Shown here: one piece after another, positions 37,155-46,835 of the stretch
Position numbering within the stretch: the first letter of the stretch is position 1
Layout: each line of letters begins with the position of its first letter
IMG/VR virus record: IMGVR_UViG_3300042010_000129
Location: 247,965 to 311,964 of that record
Length of the DNA: 64,000 nt
Direction: 5' to 3' (one strand)
From: a virus
Taxonomy: Duplodnaviria; Caudoviricetes
The notes under the pieces: generated by a model
What the model was told of the DNA's origin: nothing
The model's input: the letters and a program-made list of their open reading frames with translations, nothing else
Databases searched by the model: none
Program-made: the position numbers and the translations under genes

Positions 37155-37834
37155 TGCAAGTCTCCAATTGAGGCCCTTCGCCAGACGGCTAAGAGTTCTT
37201 TTTCTAGAAGCGGGTAGTGCGGCATTTCTGTCAGAAAGAAAACCTCATATTTCAAATAGAGGTGATCGCCCTTCAGGCGCGCAATGCTGATTTTCATGTC
37301 GCGATTTAACACCACCACATTTTCCTGCCACGGCTTTACCTGTCGGATTGTTCCGGGGCAGCGATCATTTACGATGGTTACGGTTTCACCACCACGCATT
37401 ACTTTGCGGCGATCAAGTTTCAGTGAGTCCGGAAGTTCCTTTAGCACTTTCACTTGCACCATTCGATTCAACAAATAATCGAGGGTGAATCGTTGAGCCT
37501 TCATTTTCACTTGGCCCACGATTTTGAAACCGTGAACAACGTTGGTCATGTCGTCGGAATCAAACACGATTTCAAACGTATGCTTTTGCGGCTTCAGGTG
37601 ATACAAAAGAAACTTGGAATGCAGCGCGCTACTGAAAGCGGCATACAGTTTATTTACAGTAAAGAAATCCTTCAAATTGTGGAGCGTTTTGACTTTTACC
37701 CCAGCCTGACGCAAAAGGATTCGAAAACCTTCTTTCAAAACTTTAGGGTCAAGCTTTTGCACATCGGGTAATTCTAAAAACGCTTCCCACGATCCGGCAA
37801 ATTCCGGATCAATGTCAGGTGGCATCTTTAGCAT
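37151..37834 (-). CDS. Hypothetical protein (227 aa)
   Basis: Coupled ORF. Confidence 0.55.
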   Translation of the reverse strand: MLKMPPDIDPEFAGSWEAFLELPDVQKLDPKVLKEGFRILLRQAGVKVKTLHNLKDFFTVNKLYAAFSSALHSKFLLYHLKPQKHTFEIVFDSDDMTNVVHGFKIVGQVKMKAQRFTLDYLLNRMVQVKVLKELPDSLKLDRRKVMRGGETVTIVNDRCPGTIRQVKPWQENVVVLNRDMKISIARLKGDHLYLKYEVFFLTEMPHYPLLEKELLAVWRRASIGDLQ

Positions 37835-38168
37835 CTTTTTTCTTCTTCGCTAGGATTAGATGTTTGGAATGTCGGCTACTGTGCTGGGCAGCATGGCAGT
37901 CGGCGCAAAGGGTACGCAGGTTGTGCATTACGGTTTGCCCACCACTGGCAACAGGGCGAATATGATCGACCTGCAAATACGTTGTGTTCGGGCATTTGGT
38001 GCATTTGTTCCCGTCGCGTTTAATCACCTTCGCACGGATTGTCATCCACTCACTGCGGTCGCCGTAAACGGTTGCAGAAGCACGACGAACTTTTGCCACG
38101 ACTTTTGCTTTCTTCGGCCCGCTTGCAACACTCTTAACCCGCTTGGGGGCGACACGCGTGGGCCTCAT
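37815..38168 (-). CDS. HNH endonuclease (117 aa)
   Basis: RDGNKCTKC..LQVDHIRPVASGG..NLRTLCADCH. Confidence 0.88.
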   Translation of the reverse strand: MRPTRVAPKRVKSVASGPKKAKVVAKVRRASATVYGDRSEWMTIRAKVIKRDGNKCTKCPNTTYLQVDHIRPVASGGQTVMHNLRTLCADCHAAQHSSRHSKHLILAKKKKDAKDAT

Positions 38169-38938
38169 ATCAATACCTTCCGCATCCGATCCAGTGCTTT
38201 TGGATATTCTTCGGTGACAGATGCCGCCGCTTCACCCAAAGTATTTTTCAGTTTCTTTTCCACTTCCGAACGCTGGTCTTCGTTCTTAATGAACTTGGTG
38301 ATTGCGCCCATCATGTGGAAATAAATATCGGTGAAAGCCTGCGCCACAATCTGCTGATACGGGCGCATTACAATCGCTTCCAGTTCGGAAATCTGTGCAG
38401 AAATATCGCGAGTGGCACGCAGGTCTGCGATCACTTCACGAATCTGCGAATAGATGGTGTTCAACGCATAAACGTCTTTGTTGTAAATGCGATCTTCCAT
38501 CTGTTCTTCGAGACGTTGAGCAGTCTGAATCAGTTGCTCAAAAATACGGCGAGTTTCCGCATCGTATTCATCGACCGGGGCCGGGAGGTGAACGTATTCT
38601 TCCACCGCTGCAAGCGTGGTGGCTTTGCCTTTCGCTTTCTTTTTCAACGCCGCATTTCCAGCAGGCAGCGCGATTTCTTTGCTCAGCGATTTAGGGCCGG
38701 GAATCAACTGGCCTTCCAGCGCTTTCTTTTTCTTTTTCTTGATTGGATCTTGGCCGACTTTGTAGGTGTTATCTTCGATCACGATTGGTTCGTGTTTTTC
38801 GACTTTAACCTTTTTCTTTTTCTTAACGGATGGGCCACGACCTTCGTCAAGGTGTTTATTGCGAAGCTTACCGCGATCATCGACGCTAATGCCGTCGTCA
38901 TCGCCGCCGCGCACTGTTCGAACTTTTACCTTAGCCAT
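38165..38938 (-). CDS. Hypothetical protein; Lys-rich N-half, helical C-half (257 aa)
   Basis: Two KKKKK runs. Confidence 0.6.
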   Translation of the reverse strand: MAKVKVRTVRGGDDDGISVDDRGKLRNKHLDEGRGPSVKKKKKVKVEKHEPIVIEDNTYKVGQDPIKKKKKKALEGQLIPGPKSLSKEIALPAGNAALKKKAKGKATTLAAVEEYVHLPAPVDEYDAETRRIFEQLIQTAQRLEEQMEDRIYNKDVYALNTIYSQIREVIADLRATRDISAQISELEAIVMRPYQQIVAQAFTDIYFHMMGAITKFIKNEDQRSEVEKKLKNTLGEAAASVTEEYPKALDRMRKVLI

Positions 38939-38967
38939 GTATTCCCCCTAACCGCCGCCAAACCGAC

Positions 38968-38989
38968 AAAAGGGGGCGCATGGCCCCCT
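38968..38989 (-). terminator. Probable intrinsic terminator
   Basis: AGGGGGC/GCCCCCT 7-bp stem followed by a short T-run. Confidence 0.5.
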
Positions 38990-39010
38990 CTTGAATTTCC
39001 CGCTTTTTGT

Positions 39011-39856
39011 TTAGAAGAAAACGTGACCGCGAACGCGAGTCATGAACTCTTCGAAGAATGCCGGGCGACGTGCGAAAACGCGGCTGTAGAACGAAGAGAA
39101 ACGATCAACGTCGGCAGCCGATGCAACGGCGATGGAATCTTGAATTTCTTCTTCTTCCAGTTCGACGGCGCCAGCGGTAACAACGATCATTTCGCGATGC
39201 ACGGTTTCGGTTTGGCCGTTCGGACGAACAACGAAAATGTCCGGGGTTGGCGAACCGTCTTCGTGGTCGATGGAAGCACAGGCAATACCCATTTGCAGGT
39301 CAGCCGATTGCTGCGAAACGTAGGTAATCAGGTCGCCGCCTTCAACCATTGCGCGATCCTGCGAGGATTGCAGGTGCAGGTTTTTGTTGTTGAAATCGTT
39401 CACGTCGGATTTGGCAACGGCCAGCAATTGCTGCATTACCAGAGTGTCGTCAGCGCAAACGGATTTAACCATTACTTCGCCGGTTGCAGTTTTGCGCAGA
39501 GTCCACAGATTTTCGTCTGCGTCCATGTACATGTTGGCCGCGACCGCTTTGAAGTTCGGGCGATTGCCTTCGTTCACGACAACGCGTTCGGAAACGACGC
39601 CGACGATACCTTCGAAGTGATGCAGGGTCGGTTCAGCGGCCAGCGAAACGAACGAACCGTGAATCGGGGAAACGCCTTTGAATTGCGCTTTGATACCGGC
39701 GAAAACTTGTTCAGCAGTTGCGCCAGCGGAAGCAACGGCGACAACGCGCATGAAACGGTCGTCGATTGGAAAGGCTTCGCGAATTTCTACTTTGGTTACG
39801 GCGGTTTTGCCGGAAGTAACCAGCGCATCGCGGGCTTTGGTAGCGTTGAAAGTCAT
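39011..39856 (-). CDS. Probable virion (head) protein (281 aa)
   Basis: GGAG SD; TAATTTA upstream; terminator downstream; contains VAVASA, IACAS and IAVASA motifs. Confidence 0.55.
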   Translation of the reverse strand: MTFNATKARDALVTSGKTAVTKVEIREAFPIDDRFMRVVAVASAGATAEQVFAGIKAQFKGVSPIHGSFVSLAAEPTLHHFEGIVGVVSERVVVNEGNRPNFKAVAANMYMDADENLWTLRKTATGEVMVKSVCADDTLVMQQLLAVAKSDVNDFNNKNLHLQSSQDRAMVEGGDLITYVSQQSADLQMGIACASIDHEDGSPTPDIFVVRPNGQTETVHREMIVVTAGAVELEEEEIQDSIAVASAADVDRFSSFYSRVFARRPAFFEEFMTRVRGHVFF

Positions 39857-39883
39857 GTGGTAAATCTCCAGAGGATGTATGAT

Positions 39884-39890
39884 TAAATTA
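39884..39890 (-). promoter_or_regulatory. Candidate late promoter element TAATTTA
   Basis: 28 nt upstream of the 39856 start. Confidence 0.45.
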
Positions 39891-39909
39891 CGAATTGTTT
39901 ATTCGTCAG

Positions 39910-41127
39910 TTAAAAGAAATTGCGGAAGAATCCGCCGGTAGATCCACGCCCCGGATAACCCGGAATACGAGTCATCGCAGTGTTCGAAATTCCAAGAATA
40001 CCGAACGCACGACTTGAATCAATGAAACCACCGCCCACACTGCCATCGCCGCCCAAAGCACCAGCACGGCCCAACAGTTTTTTCAGCGGTTTTACTTGGC
40101 TTTCGATTTGCGCATCAATGCGGCCCAATGCACTTTCAATTGCCGGTGTGCGGTCAACGTTCAGGCTGACAGTTTGCCCACCGAAATCAAACGCTAACGA
40201 ACCTTCTGCCAAGTTCTGCGAACCCAATGCATAGATTGCAGAACAAGTCAGCCACGCATCGAGTAAAGGCCCTTGCATGTTGGTGCCGGTAAAGTTCGTG
40301 ATATTCGGAAGCAATCCGTTGAAGAAACTCAGACCACGCGAGAGATATTCCATGATATCGGATTGCGTGTATTCCAGTTCCGGAATAATGTTCGCAACCC
40401 GCGCACGGTTAATGTAATCCTCAAGCTGTCGGCTGGCCGTAAGAATCTGCGGCGTGATTGCCCACACTTTGTAAGTCAACGTAGTTTTCGCAATCTTTCG
40501 GGCCGGGGTATGATCCACCAGCATCGTCAGAGGAAACATTTGCGGACTGCCAATAATTGCGGGCATGTCGATCACGGTTCGCTTATTCATCCGTTCGACT
40601 TTAATCGCCGGATCTTCAACGTTCCAATCTGCAAAAACCGTTTTGTTGTTGTAGTACAGCGAGACTGAAAGCGTATCGCCTTCTTTCCCTTTTTTCGCTG
40701 CTGTACCCTTCGACAAATCGGCTTTCTTCGCAGGCACTGGCGGTTTGTACGTGACCGGCACCGTTAGTTGCATGCGCGTATCACGACCGCAAATGATAAC
40801 CACGTCTGCTTCACGACCGAGGGTCGCGGGTTCAACTGTGATTTTCGTTCGTGCCTGATATTGCCCGGTGTCAGATTCGAATGACCAACGGGCGGTTAAT
40901 TCGACCGCATCGCGCAAATCCATATTCGGGATCGGTAGGTCTGCGATCCAGTGTCCGGGCATGCTTTGATACGGCTTCGCGTAAACTTCTGCAATCACCG
41001 ATTTGTCAGTGTCGAATAAACGAACGAGCGGTGCCGGTGTGTTTTCCGTTGGGATTACCGGATCGTCGAAGTCATCGAAAAACTCTTCGGTGATTGAACA
41101 GGTTGCGCCTTCGTGAACGGTGGTCAT
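39910..41127 (-). CDS. Possible head-tail connector/neck protein (405 aa)
   Basis: C-terminal helical region (YTQSDIMEYLSRGLSFFN...FDFGGQTVSLNVDRT) resembles adaptor proteins; unverified. Confidence 0.35.
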   Translation of the reverse strand: MTTVHEGATCSITEEFFDDFDDPVIPTENTPAPLVRLFDTDKSVIAEVYAKPYQSMPGHWIADLPIPNMDLRDAVELTARWSFESDTGQYQARTKITVEPATLGREADVVIICGRDTRMQLTVPVTYKPPVPAKKADLSKGTAAKKGKEGDTLSVSLYYNNKTVFADWNVEDPAIKVERMNKRTVIDMPAIIGSPQMFPLTMLVDHTPARKIAKTTLTYKVWAITPQILTASRQLEDYINRARVANIIPELEYTQSDIMEYLSRGLSFFNGLLPNITNFTGTNMQGPLLDAWLTCSAIYALGSQNLAEGSLAFDFGGQTVSLNVDRTPAIESALGRIDAQIESQVKPLKKLLGRAGALGGDGSVGGGFIDSSRAFGILGISNTAMTRIPGYPGRGSTGGFFRNFF

Positions 41128-42029
41128 TCCACAACCCCTTGAGACAGGTTTTTCGCCAGCGTCTCAATATCTTGCAATGCTGATTCTTCCAAAGGCAGCA
41201 GCGCGGCTAGGCCAGCTTCCTCGGGTTCGATTTTGTTCTGCACATAACGCAGGATAAATTCGCGCAATTGATCGAGCGCTTCCCCTTCGTACTGTGCGTA
41301 ATACTTACTGCGTCGGCGCATTGGCAGATTCGGTGCAATAAAGCGGACGTAGTATTCAATGAATTTCGGCGTCCATTCTACGTGCAGCAAATCGGGCATT
41401 CGCTTCCAGAAATCCAGAACGTATTTCCAATCCTCCATCGCCGTATAAAACATGGCGCGAGGAATATTCTGGTACAGGAGTTTTCCAGCAGTGGATTCAA
41501 CGCCACCGGTGTAACCGTTCATTTGTCGAATAATCGCTTTCGTATATCCGCCAGCAATGTCGTACAAATACCGCTGATCACGTTCCATCATTTGCTGCAT
41601 GCGCGCACGTGTCAGGATGTTCAACGGAATCGAAATGCTAATGAAATCTGCGGACTGATTATCTGACGTTCCCCAAATGGCGGTGTAGCCACGCATCCAC
41701 GTTTGATGCGCAACCTTTTCCACATCGGCATTATTGCGAAGTGTCCGGGCGAACGTGAACACAAGGCCAGTGCGCCGGACTTCTTTCGGGGGCATATCGA
41801 CAAGGCCCACGCTCATGTTGTTGTACATCGACCAGATGTTCACCAACGTAAACGAGGTTTTAAAGATGAACGCCATCGGCGTTTTCTTCAATGATTCTTC
41901 GACATAATCGAGAACCATTTTAATGTCGATCAGGTAACGGTCGGTGTTATAGGTGGTGATGTAATTATCGCCGCCACGGGGCCAAGCCGAAAGACGAAAA
42001 TCTAACGGCTTGGAAATGAAGTAGTGCAA
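41124..42029 (-). CDS. Hypothetical protein (301 aa)
   Basis: Coupled ORF in a probable late operon. Confidence 0.55.
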   Translation of the reverse strand: MHYFISKPLDFRLSAWPRGGDNYITTYNTDRYLIDIKMVLDYVEESLKKTPMAFIFKTSFTLVNIWSMYNNMSVGLVDMPPKEVRRTGLVFTFARTLRNNADVEKVAHQTWMRGYTAIWGTSDNQSADFISISIPLNILTRARMQQMMERDQRYLYDIAGGYTKAIIRQMNGYTGGVESTAGKLLYQNIPRAMFYTAMEDWKYVLDFWKRMPDLLHVEWTPKFIEYYVRFIAPNLPMRRRSKYYAQYEGEALDQLREFILRYVQNKIEPEEAGLAALLPLEESALQDIETLAKNLSQGVVE

Positions 42030-43160
42030 TTACTTCAGCGTCAGGCTGTAGGAGTGAACGTTCTGGTCAATGTTGCGCAGCGAACGCACATAACCTTTCT
42101 TCAACAACGCTTTGACTTGTGGCAGGCCGTCGAAGATCCGAATAACCTGCGCCTGAATCTCACGATCATCGTCAGGGAATTCGAGAATAACTTCGTTCTC
42201 TTCCACGTTAACGCCGGACACGCCTTCGATGGCGGAAAGCCGCGTGGTGACTTCGGTCGCGTCGAGATTGAGGTCTGCTTTGGTAGCAAACATCACAACG
42301 TCATGGCGAGCGATTTCGCGGTCGATATCTTTGACGAAATTCTTCGCGATTGCAGCGGTGTTTTCGCCTTTGATTTCGGTGCCGAGGTTGTACAGGTACG
42401 GCAGCGCCACGCGATCCAAAATGTTCACGTAGGTGCGAATTGCGAACGCGCTTTCGGTTGGTTCCAGACGCGCAGTAACCACGACGACCAGCGCCTTGTG
42501 GAAACCTTCGCTGAAATTGCGCCAGTGCGTAACGTCGCAGTTCAACACGAAATCAATACCGCCGTCTTTGGCGCCGACGTTGATGTAATAGGCGAGTTCG
42601 TCTTCTGCTTCGTCGCCTTCAGCACGATTTTCAACGTGCGTTTTTTCCATGCCGTCGAAATACTTCTGAATGCGCTTGAACAGATCGCCAACTTCGTCAG
42701 GCATTACGTTGTCGGACATTTCCGACATTGCGTGCAGCGCTTCGGCGTAAACTTCAGCCAGTGCGTTGCGGTTTTTGATCATGTCTTTGACCAGCGCTTT
42801 CATGCCTTCGTTTTCGGTGGCACTGCACTTGTCGATAATGGCGTCGAGTTCGTCAATCGCGCCACGCATTTCGAGGGCGTCGATATTCTTTTGCAGTTGA
42901 CGCGGGCCGGGCATCTTGATCTTTTGAACAGTCAGGCCGTAACCGCCAGCGCCGCCCTTGCTATCGGAACCGCCGCGAACTTCGCGAACCTTTACCGAAC
43001 TTGCAGTGGCTACTTTCGAGCGGAAAGCTTTACCGAAAAAGATACGCAACAGGCTGGTGAATTTCGACAGCAGACGACGGTACGAAGACTTCCGTTTGCT
43101 GTAGTATTTTGCAGCCTGTTCCGGCGTCATACGCTGGATGAAACTCAGGTCTTGTTTCAT
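42030..43160 (-). CDS. Probable virion protein (376 aa)
   Basis: KVATASS motif at residues ~48-54, after a basic N-terminal peptide. Confidence 0.5.
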   Translation of the reverse strand: MKQDLSFIQRMTPEQAAKYYSKRKSSYRRLLSKFTSLLRIFFGKAFRSKVATASSVKVREVRGGSDSKGGAGGYGLTVQKIKMPGPRQLQKNIDALEMRGAIDELDAIIDKCSATENEGMKALVKDMIKNRNALAEVYAEALHAMSEMSDNVMPDEVGDLFKRIQKYFDGMEKTHVENRAEGDEAEDELAYYINVGAKDGGIDFVLNCDVTHWRNFSEGFHKALVVVVTARLEPTESAFAIRTYVNILDRVALPYLYNLGTEIKGENTAAIAKNFVKDIDREIARHDVVMFATKADLNLDATEVTTRLSAIEGVSGVNVEENEVILEFPDDDREIQAQVIRIFDGLPQVKALLKKGYVRSLRNIDQNVHSYSLTLK

Positions 43161-44159
43161 TTAGGATTCCATGATTGTGTTGAGTTTGTCTTTTTCTGTT
43201 TTGCCAACGTTGAGTAACTTCGTCAGCTTATTCAGGGATCGCACATCGTAGATTTTCCGACGGCCCACGATGAAGGAAATCATGAAATTGTTTCCATACT
43301 GCGACACGCGATGGATGATATCGGTGTTTGGCAAATTCACAGCCCGGCGTAGGTACGGCAATACGCGGGTCAGGAACTTATTGATATCTTCCGGCTTCAC
43401 AAACGGTTTCAACACAACGTTTAGGCGGTCGTCAGTTACATCGACGCTTTTCACCAGTTTGGAAGCGAGCAATTTATCGTCTTTCGGCACCGGTTTGTCG
43501 ATGTAATCGAAATCGGAAAGGTTGCCCATGATGTAGGTCTGCACGTCCTTTGCCGAATCAACGCCGGTTTCTTCGGACAATACAAACGGGGAATCAGGAA
43601 TTGCAATGCGGTATTGCCCGCCGTACAGCGTGAGCTTAACGGTGATTGGCCCGCTAACGAATCCGTTTTTATCCTGCACACCATTGTCTGTCCGGAAACA
43701 AATCATTTGGTATTCAGGCAAACGAATGTGCAATTGCGTTGTGTGGCTGATCTTCGAAAGGAAACGATACACAATTTCCGACAGGTAATTGAGGTGCTTG
43801 TCCATTCGACTGGAACAAACGCTATCAATCAAATCCATCAAAGTCTTTTGGAATGCGCGGATGTTCTGTTGCTGTGCGGCAATCATTTGGAAACAGCGAT
43901 CACGTTTCGAATCGCTGAAGTCTTGAGCGACGGTGCGCGCACAACGAAGTTCCACCAATGAATCGACGCAGAATGTCAGAGCTTCCACACCATCGGATAC
44001 CTTGAGGAATGGCAGCTTCTTTTGGTTGAATTTCGAAACCAAAACGCTGGTAGCCGTGTTGATCCGGGTTAATACCGTTACGACTTCGTTTGCGTTTCGG
44101 GCATTTTTAAGATCAATGATATTTGGGTTATCATCAATGTATTTTGATTGTATTTGCAA
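43161..44159 (-). CDS. Hypothetical protein (332 aa)
   Basis: First gene after a terminator and a TAATTTA motif; TTG start per the ORF track. Confidence 0.5.
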   Translation of the reverse strand: MQIQSKYIDDNPNIIDLKNARNANEVVTVLTRINTATSVLVSKFNQKKLPFLKVSDGVEALTFCVDSLVELRCARTVAQDFSDSKRDRCFQMIAAQQQNIRAFQKTLMDLIDSVCSSRMDKHLNYLSEIVYRFLSKISHTTQLHIRLPEYQMICFRTDNGVQDKNGFVSGPITVKLTLYGGQYRIAIPDSPFVLSEETGVDSAKDVQTYIMGNLSDFDYIDKPVPKDDKLLASKLVKSVDVTDDRLNVVLKPFVKPEDINKFLTRVLPYLRRAVNLPNTDIIHRVSQYGNNFMISFIVGRRKIYDVRSLNKLTKLLNVGKTEKDKLNTIMES

Positions 44160-44191
44160 TGCACGTACACCCGAATATGTGGATATACAAT

Positions 44192-44198
44192 TAAATTA
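44192..44198 (-). promoter_or_regulatory. Candidate late promoter element TAATTTA
   Basis: 33 nt upstream of the 44159 start. Confidence 0.4.
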
Positions 44199-44211
44199 TG
44201 GTCTAGATAGC

Positions 44212-44251
44212 AAAAAACCCGCCTCCCCTTTTACAGAGAGACGGGTTTTTT
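44212..44251 (-). terminator. Rho-independent terminator after the histone-like gene
   Basis: CCCGTCTCTCT...GGGGAGGCGGG stem (G-U pairs on the minus strand) flanked by A6 and T6. Confidence 0.75.
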
Positions 44252-44277
44252 GTTTGAATCAAACTGCGAATCAGGTA

Positions 44278-45666
44278 TTAGCTGAAACGAGCTTTTGGAA
44301 CGGCACCACCGGTTTTCTTACCGGCTGCTGCTTTGGCCGGAGCGGCTTTAGCGCTAGGCGCTTTGGCTGCTGGCTTTTTCGCGGCTGCGGCTTTGGTCGG
44401 TGCTTTCGCGGCTGGCTTTTTGGCGGAAGTTTTACCGGCAGTTTTACCTGCGGTTTTGCTACCGGCTGGAGCCTTGGCGGATTTCTTTTCAGCCGATTTG
44501 GCCGGGGCTTTTGCAGCGGCTTTCACCGGTGCTTTAGCTTCGGTTTCTTTCGGCTTGTTTTTCGAACCAGCCGGACGGCCACGCTTTTTGGCTACAGGAG
44601 CTTCAGCGGCTGGCGCTTTGGCTGCTGGCTTTTTAGCGGCGGCTTTTTTGGTTGGTGCTTTTGCAGCTGGTTTTGCAGCCGGAGCGGCAGCAGCTTTTTC
44701 GGCGTTCGATTTACGACCGCGTTTTTTCGCTGGGGTGCCGTCTTTGTTCAGCTTGGCAGCAGGTGCAGCAGCCGTTTTGGCAGCCGGTTTAGCGGCGGCT
44801 TTTTTGGTTGCTGGTTTTGCAGCCGGGGCAGCGGCAGGAGCGGCGGCAGCTTTCGGCTTACGACCGCGTTTCTTGGCCGGGGTGCCGTCTTTGTTCAGCT
44901 TCACGGCTGGCGCAGCAGGGGCGTTCGAAGCGGCTGGTTTAGCAGCGGCTTTAGGCGCCTTTTTGGTCACGCCGCCAGCGGCTTTTTTGGCTGCTGGTTT
45001 TTTGGTGCCGAAGTGTTTTGCAGCAATGCGTGCAACGCCGTCTTTCGCAGCTTTCGCGCCGATATCAACCAGACGTTTGCCTGCGGACGAAATCGGTTTG
45101 GCTTTGAAATTGCTGATCAGGGACTTCAGGGAGAATTTACCCTTTGGCTTGATCTTCTGCATTGCCTTCTTGTGGTTGGCAGCAGCTTTGGTACGCTCGG
45201 CAGCGAGGTTTTTACGCTCGTTTGCGTAGCGGCTCTTTTCGGCTTGACGCATCGCGGCGCGTTTGGCAGGCGGCACTTTTGCAGAACGAATCTTGCTCAG
45301 ATTCTTCTGGTGAGCGCTTTGCAGGCCCAGCGATTTTTTCCGGATTTGTTCACGGATTTGACGCTGTGCAGCAGTCACTTCACGCTTTTGACCAGCAGCG
45401 TGCGAACCAGCGGCGCGGTGCTTACGGCGTTTTTTCCACGCGGCAACCACTTTCTTCGCTTCGGCTTCGGTGGCACCGTGGCGCATGGCCTTGGTGAACA
45501 CTTGGCGAGCGTGAAACTTCAGCTTTTCAGCTGGAGTCATGGTTTTGTATTTCTGTTTGGCAAGCTTGTTCAGCTTGGTGCGGTTTTTCCGGCGGTATTG
45601 TTTGCCTTTCTTGGCCTCTTTAATGGCCTCGGCTCCCTTCCGCTTTTGTACGACTTTCATAACCAT
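44278..45666 (-). CDS. Histone H1-like Lys/Ala/Pro-rich DNA-binding protein with AT-hook-like motifs (462 aa)
   Basis: C-terminal half of KPAAK/PAAK repeats; KKRGRKP, KKRGRKS and KKRGRPAGSKNK; GAGGA SD; own upstream motif and terminator. Confidence 0.8.
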   Translation of the reverse strand: MVMKVVQKRKGAEAIKEAKKGKQYRRKNRTKLNKLAKQKYKTMTPAEKLKFHARQVFTKAMRHGATEAEAKKVVAAWKKRRKHRAAGSHAAGQKREVTAAQRQIREQIRKKSLGLQSAHQKNLSKIRSAKVPPAKRAAMRQAEKSRYANERKNLAAERTKAAANHKKAMQKIKPKGKFSLKSLISNFKAKPISSAGKRLVDIGAKAAKDGVARIAAKHFGTKKPAAKKAAGGVTKKAPKAAAKPAASNAPAAPAVKLNKDGTPAKKRGRKPKAAAAPAAAPAAKPATKKAAAKPAAKTAAAPAAKLNKDGTPAKKRGRKSNAEKAAAAPAAKPAAKAPTKKAAAKKPAAKAPAAEAPVAKKRGRPAGSKNKPKETEAKAPVKAAAKAPAKSAEKKSAKAPAGSKTAGKTAGKTSAKKPAAKAPTKAAAAKKPAAKAPSAKAAPAKAAAGKKTGGAVPKARFS

Positions 45667-45735
45667 CGTGCGAATCCTCGATTAAGGGTGTGTAGTTGGC
45701 TTAATCGTAGCGCCACGATGCGTACCAACTAATAA

Positions 45736-45742
45736 TAAATTA
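45736..45742 (-). promoter_or_regulatory. Candidate promoter element TAATTTA
   Basis: 70 nt upstream of the histone-like gene, in an AT-rich gap. Confidence 0.4.
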
Positions 45743-45776
45743 GTATTATCCGAATTAATTAAAAATTCCGGTACGG

Positions 45777-46826
45777 TCAGGAAAAGCCGAGGGCGTTGCG
45801 GGCTTTATTCGCCTCTTTTAGGGTCAGTTTTATTTCCTTTTGATCCAGCCCTTCGGCTCCAAGGAATGCTTCCAAACCGAATAGCGGATCAATGTCGGCT
45901 CGTTCGATTTTAATCGTTTCAATATCCGTATTATCTACGGATTTATTTCCCGTCCAATGAATGCCCCCGGTAATATTCGGATATTGCAGCATTAAATCGG
46001 CAGGCATTGGCACTTCAGGATTGAAATGCAGTTTATAACGGATATTCGAATCGTGCTTCAGTTTCTTCAGATCATTGAGGTCGTCAATAACCAGATTAAT
46101 CAGAGTGAAGCCCGGTTTATTCTCGACGAATTTGTGTTCGAATTCAATCTTGTTATCGACCAACGTCGCCCGGAAATGAATGAACCCTTTTGGCAGCGCT
46201 TCACCGAAATTCTTTTGGAACGGATTACCGCAATAAACCGCACGCTTCGATTTCATGTACTGGTATTGGTGGATATGGCCGCTGATTGTGAAATCGTTTT
46301 TGTGCGCTTGCAGTTCGTGCTTCGTTTTCAATGCCCGGCCATTGTCGCCAATCGCCCCGGTATATTCCACGTGTGCGATATTCAACGCGCCTTCTTTTTT
46401 AGACAACGATTTCAGGCACGGATAAGGCAGCAGGTTGACCGGCACGCCGTCGATTTCTACGCGCTCGGGTTTCAATACGATTTTGAGATTTTTGAATGCA
46501 CGCGTCTTGCTCAAACGGTACATGAAATTCATCGACATTTTCTCGACGTTTTCAAAGTCGTGATTGCCCGCCACGTAAATGATGGTCAGCAGCTTGTCGT
46601 ATTTGTAGAACAGGTTAAACAGTTTGGTGTAAGTGTCGAACGGCAGGTTCGGTGTATCGGTAATGTCGCCGGGAAACAACACGTATTTAATGCCGTTATT
46701 CAGCGCGTACTGAAAAATCTTTTCACCCTCGGCCAGAATGCGATCATCGCCGTCCGAGAAATGTTTATTCAAACCGGTCAGGTGCCAGTCACTTGTGGAA
46801 ATGCCTTCAAACGTTGGGTTCGACAC
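45777..46826 (-). CDS. sbcD: SbcD/Mre11/gp47-like metallophosphoesterase nuclease (349 aa)
   Basis: SDWH, GDITD, GNHD, AHV and GHIH motifs. Confidence 0.88.
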   Translation of the reverse strand: MSNPTFEGISTSDWHLTGLNKHFSDGDDRILAEGEKIFQYALNNGIKYVLFPGDITDTPNLPFDTYTKLFNLFYKYDKLLTIIYVAGNHDFENVEKMSMNFMYRLSKTRAFKNLKIVLKPERVEIDGVPVNLLPYPCLKSLSKKEGALNIAHVEYTGAIGDNGRALKTKHELQAHKNDFTISGHIHQYQYMKSKRAVYCGNPFQKNFGEALPKGFIHFRATLVDNKIEFEHKFVENKPGFTLINLVIDDLNDLKKLKHDSNIRYKLHFNPEVPMPADLMLQYPNITGGIHWTGNKSVDNTDIETIKIERADIDPLFGLEAFLGAEGLDQKEIKLTLKEANKARNALGFS

Positions 46827-46835
46827 TGGTTGTTC

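Noticed and set aside
44278-45666. Repeats in the histone-like gene as a CRISPR or mobile-element repeat
   Set aside because: In-frame, degenerate coding repeats with no spacer structure.
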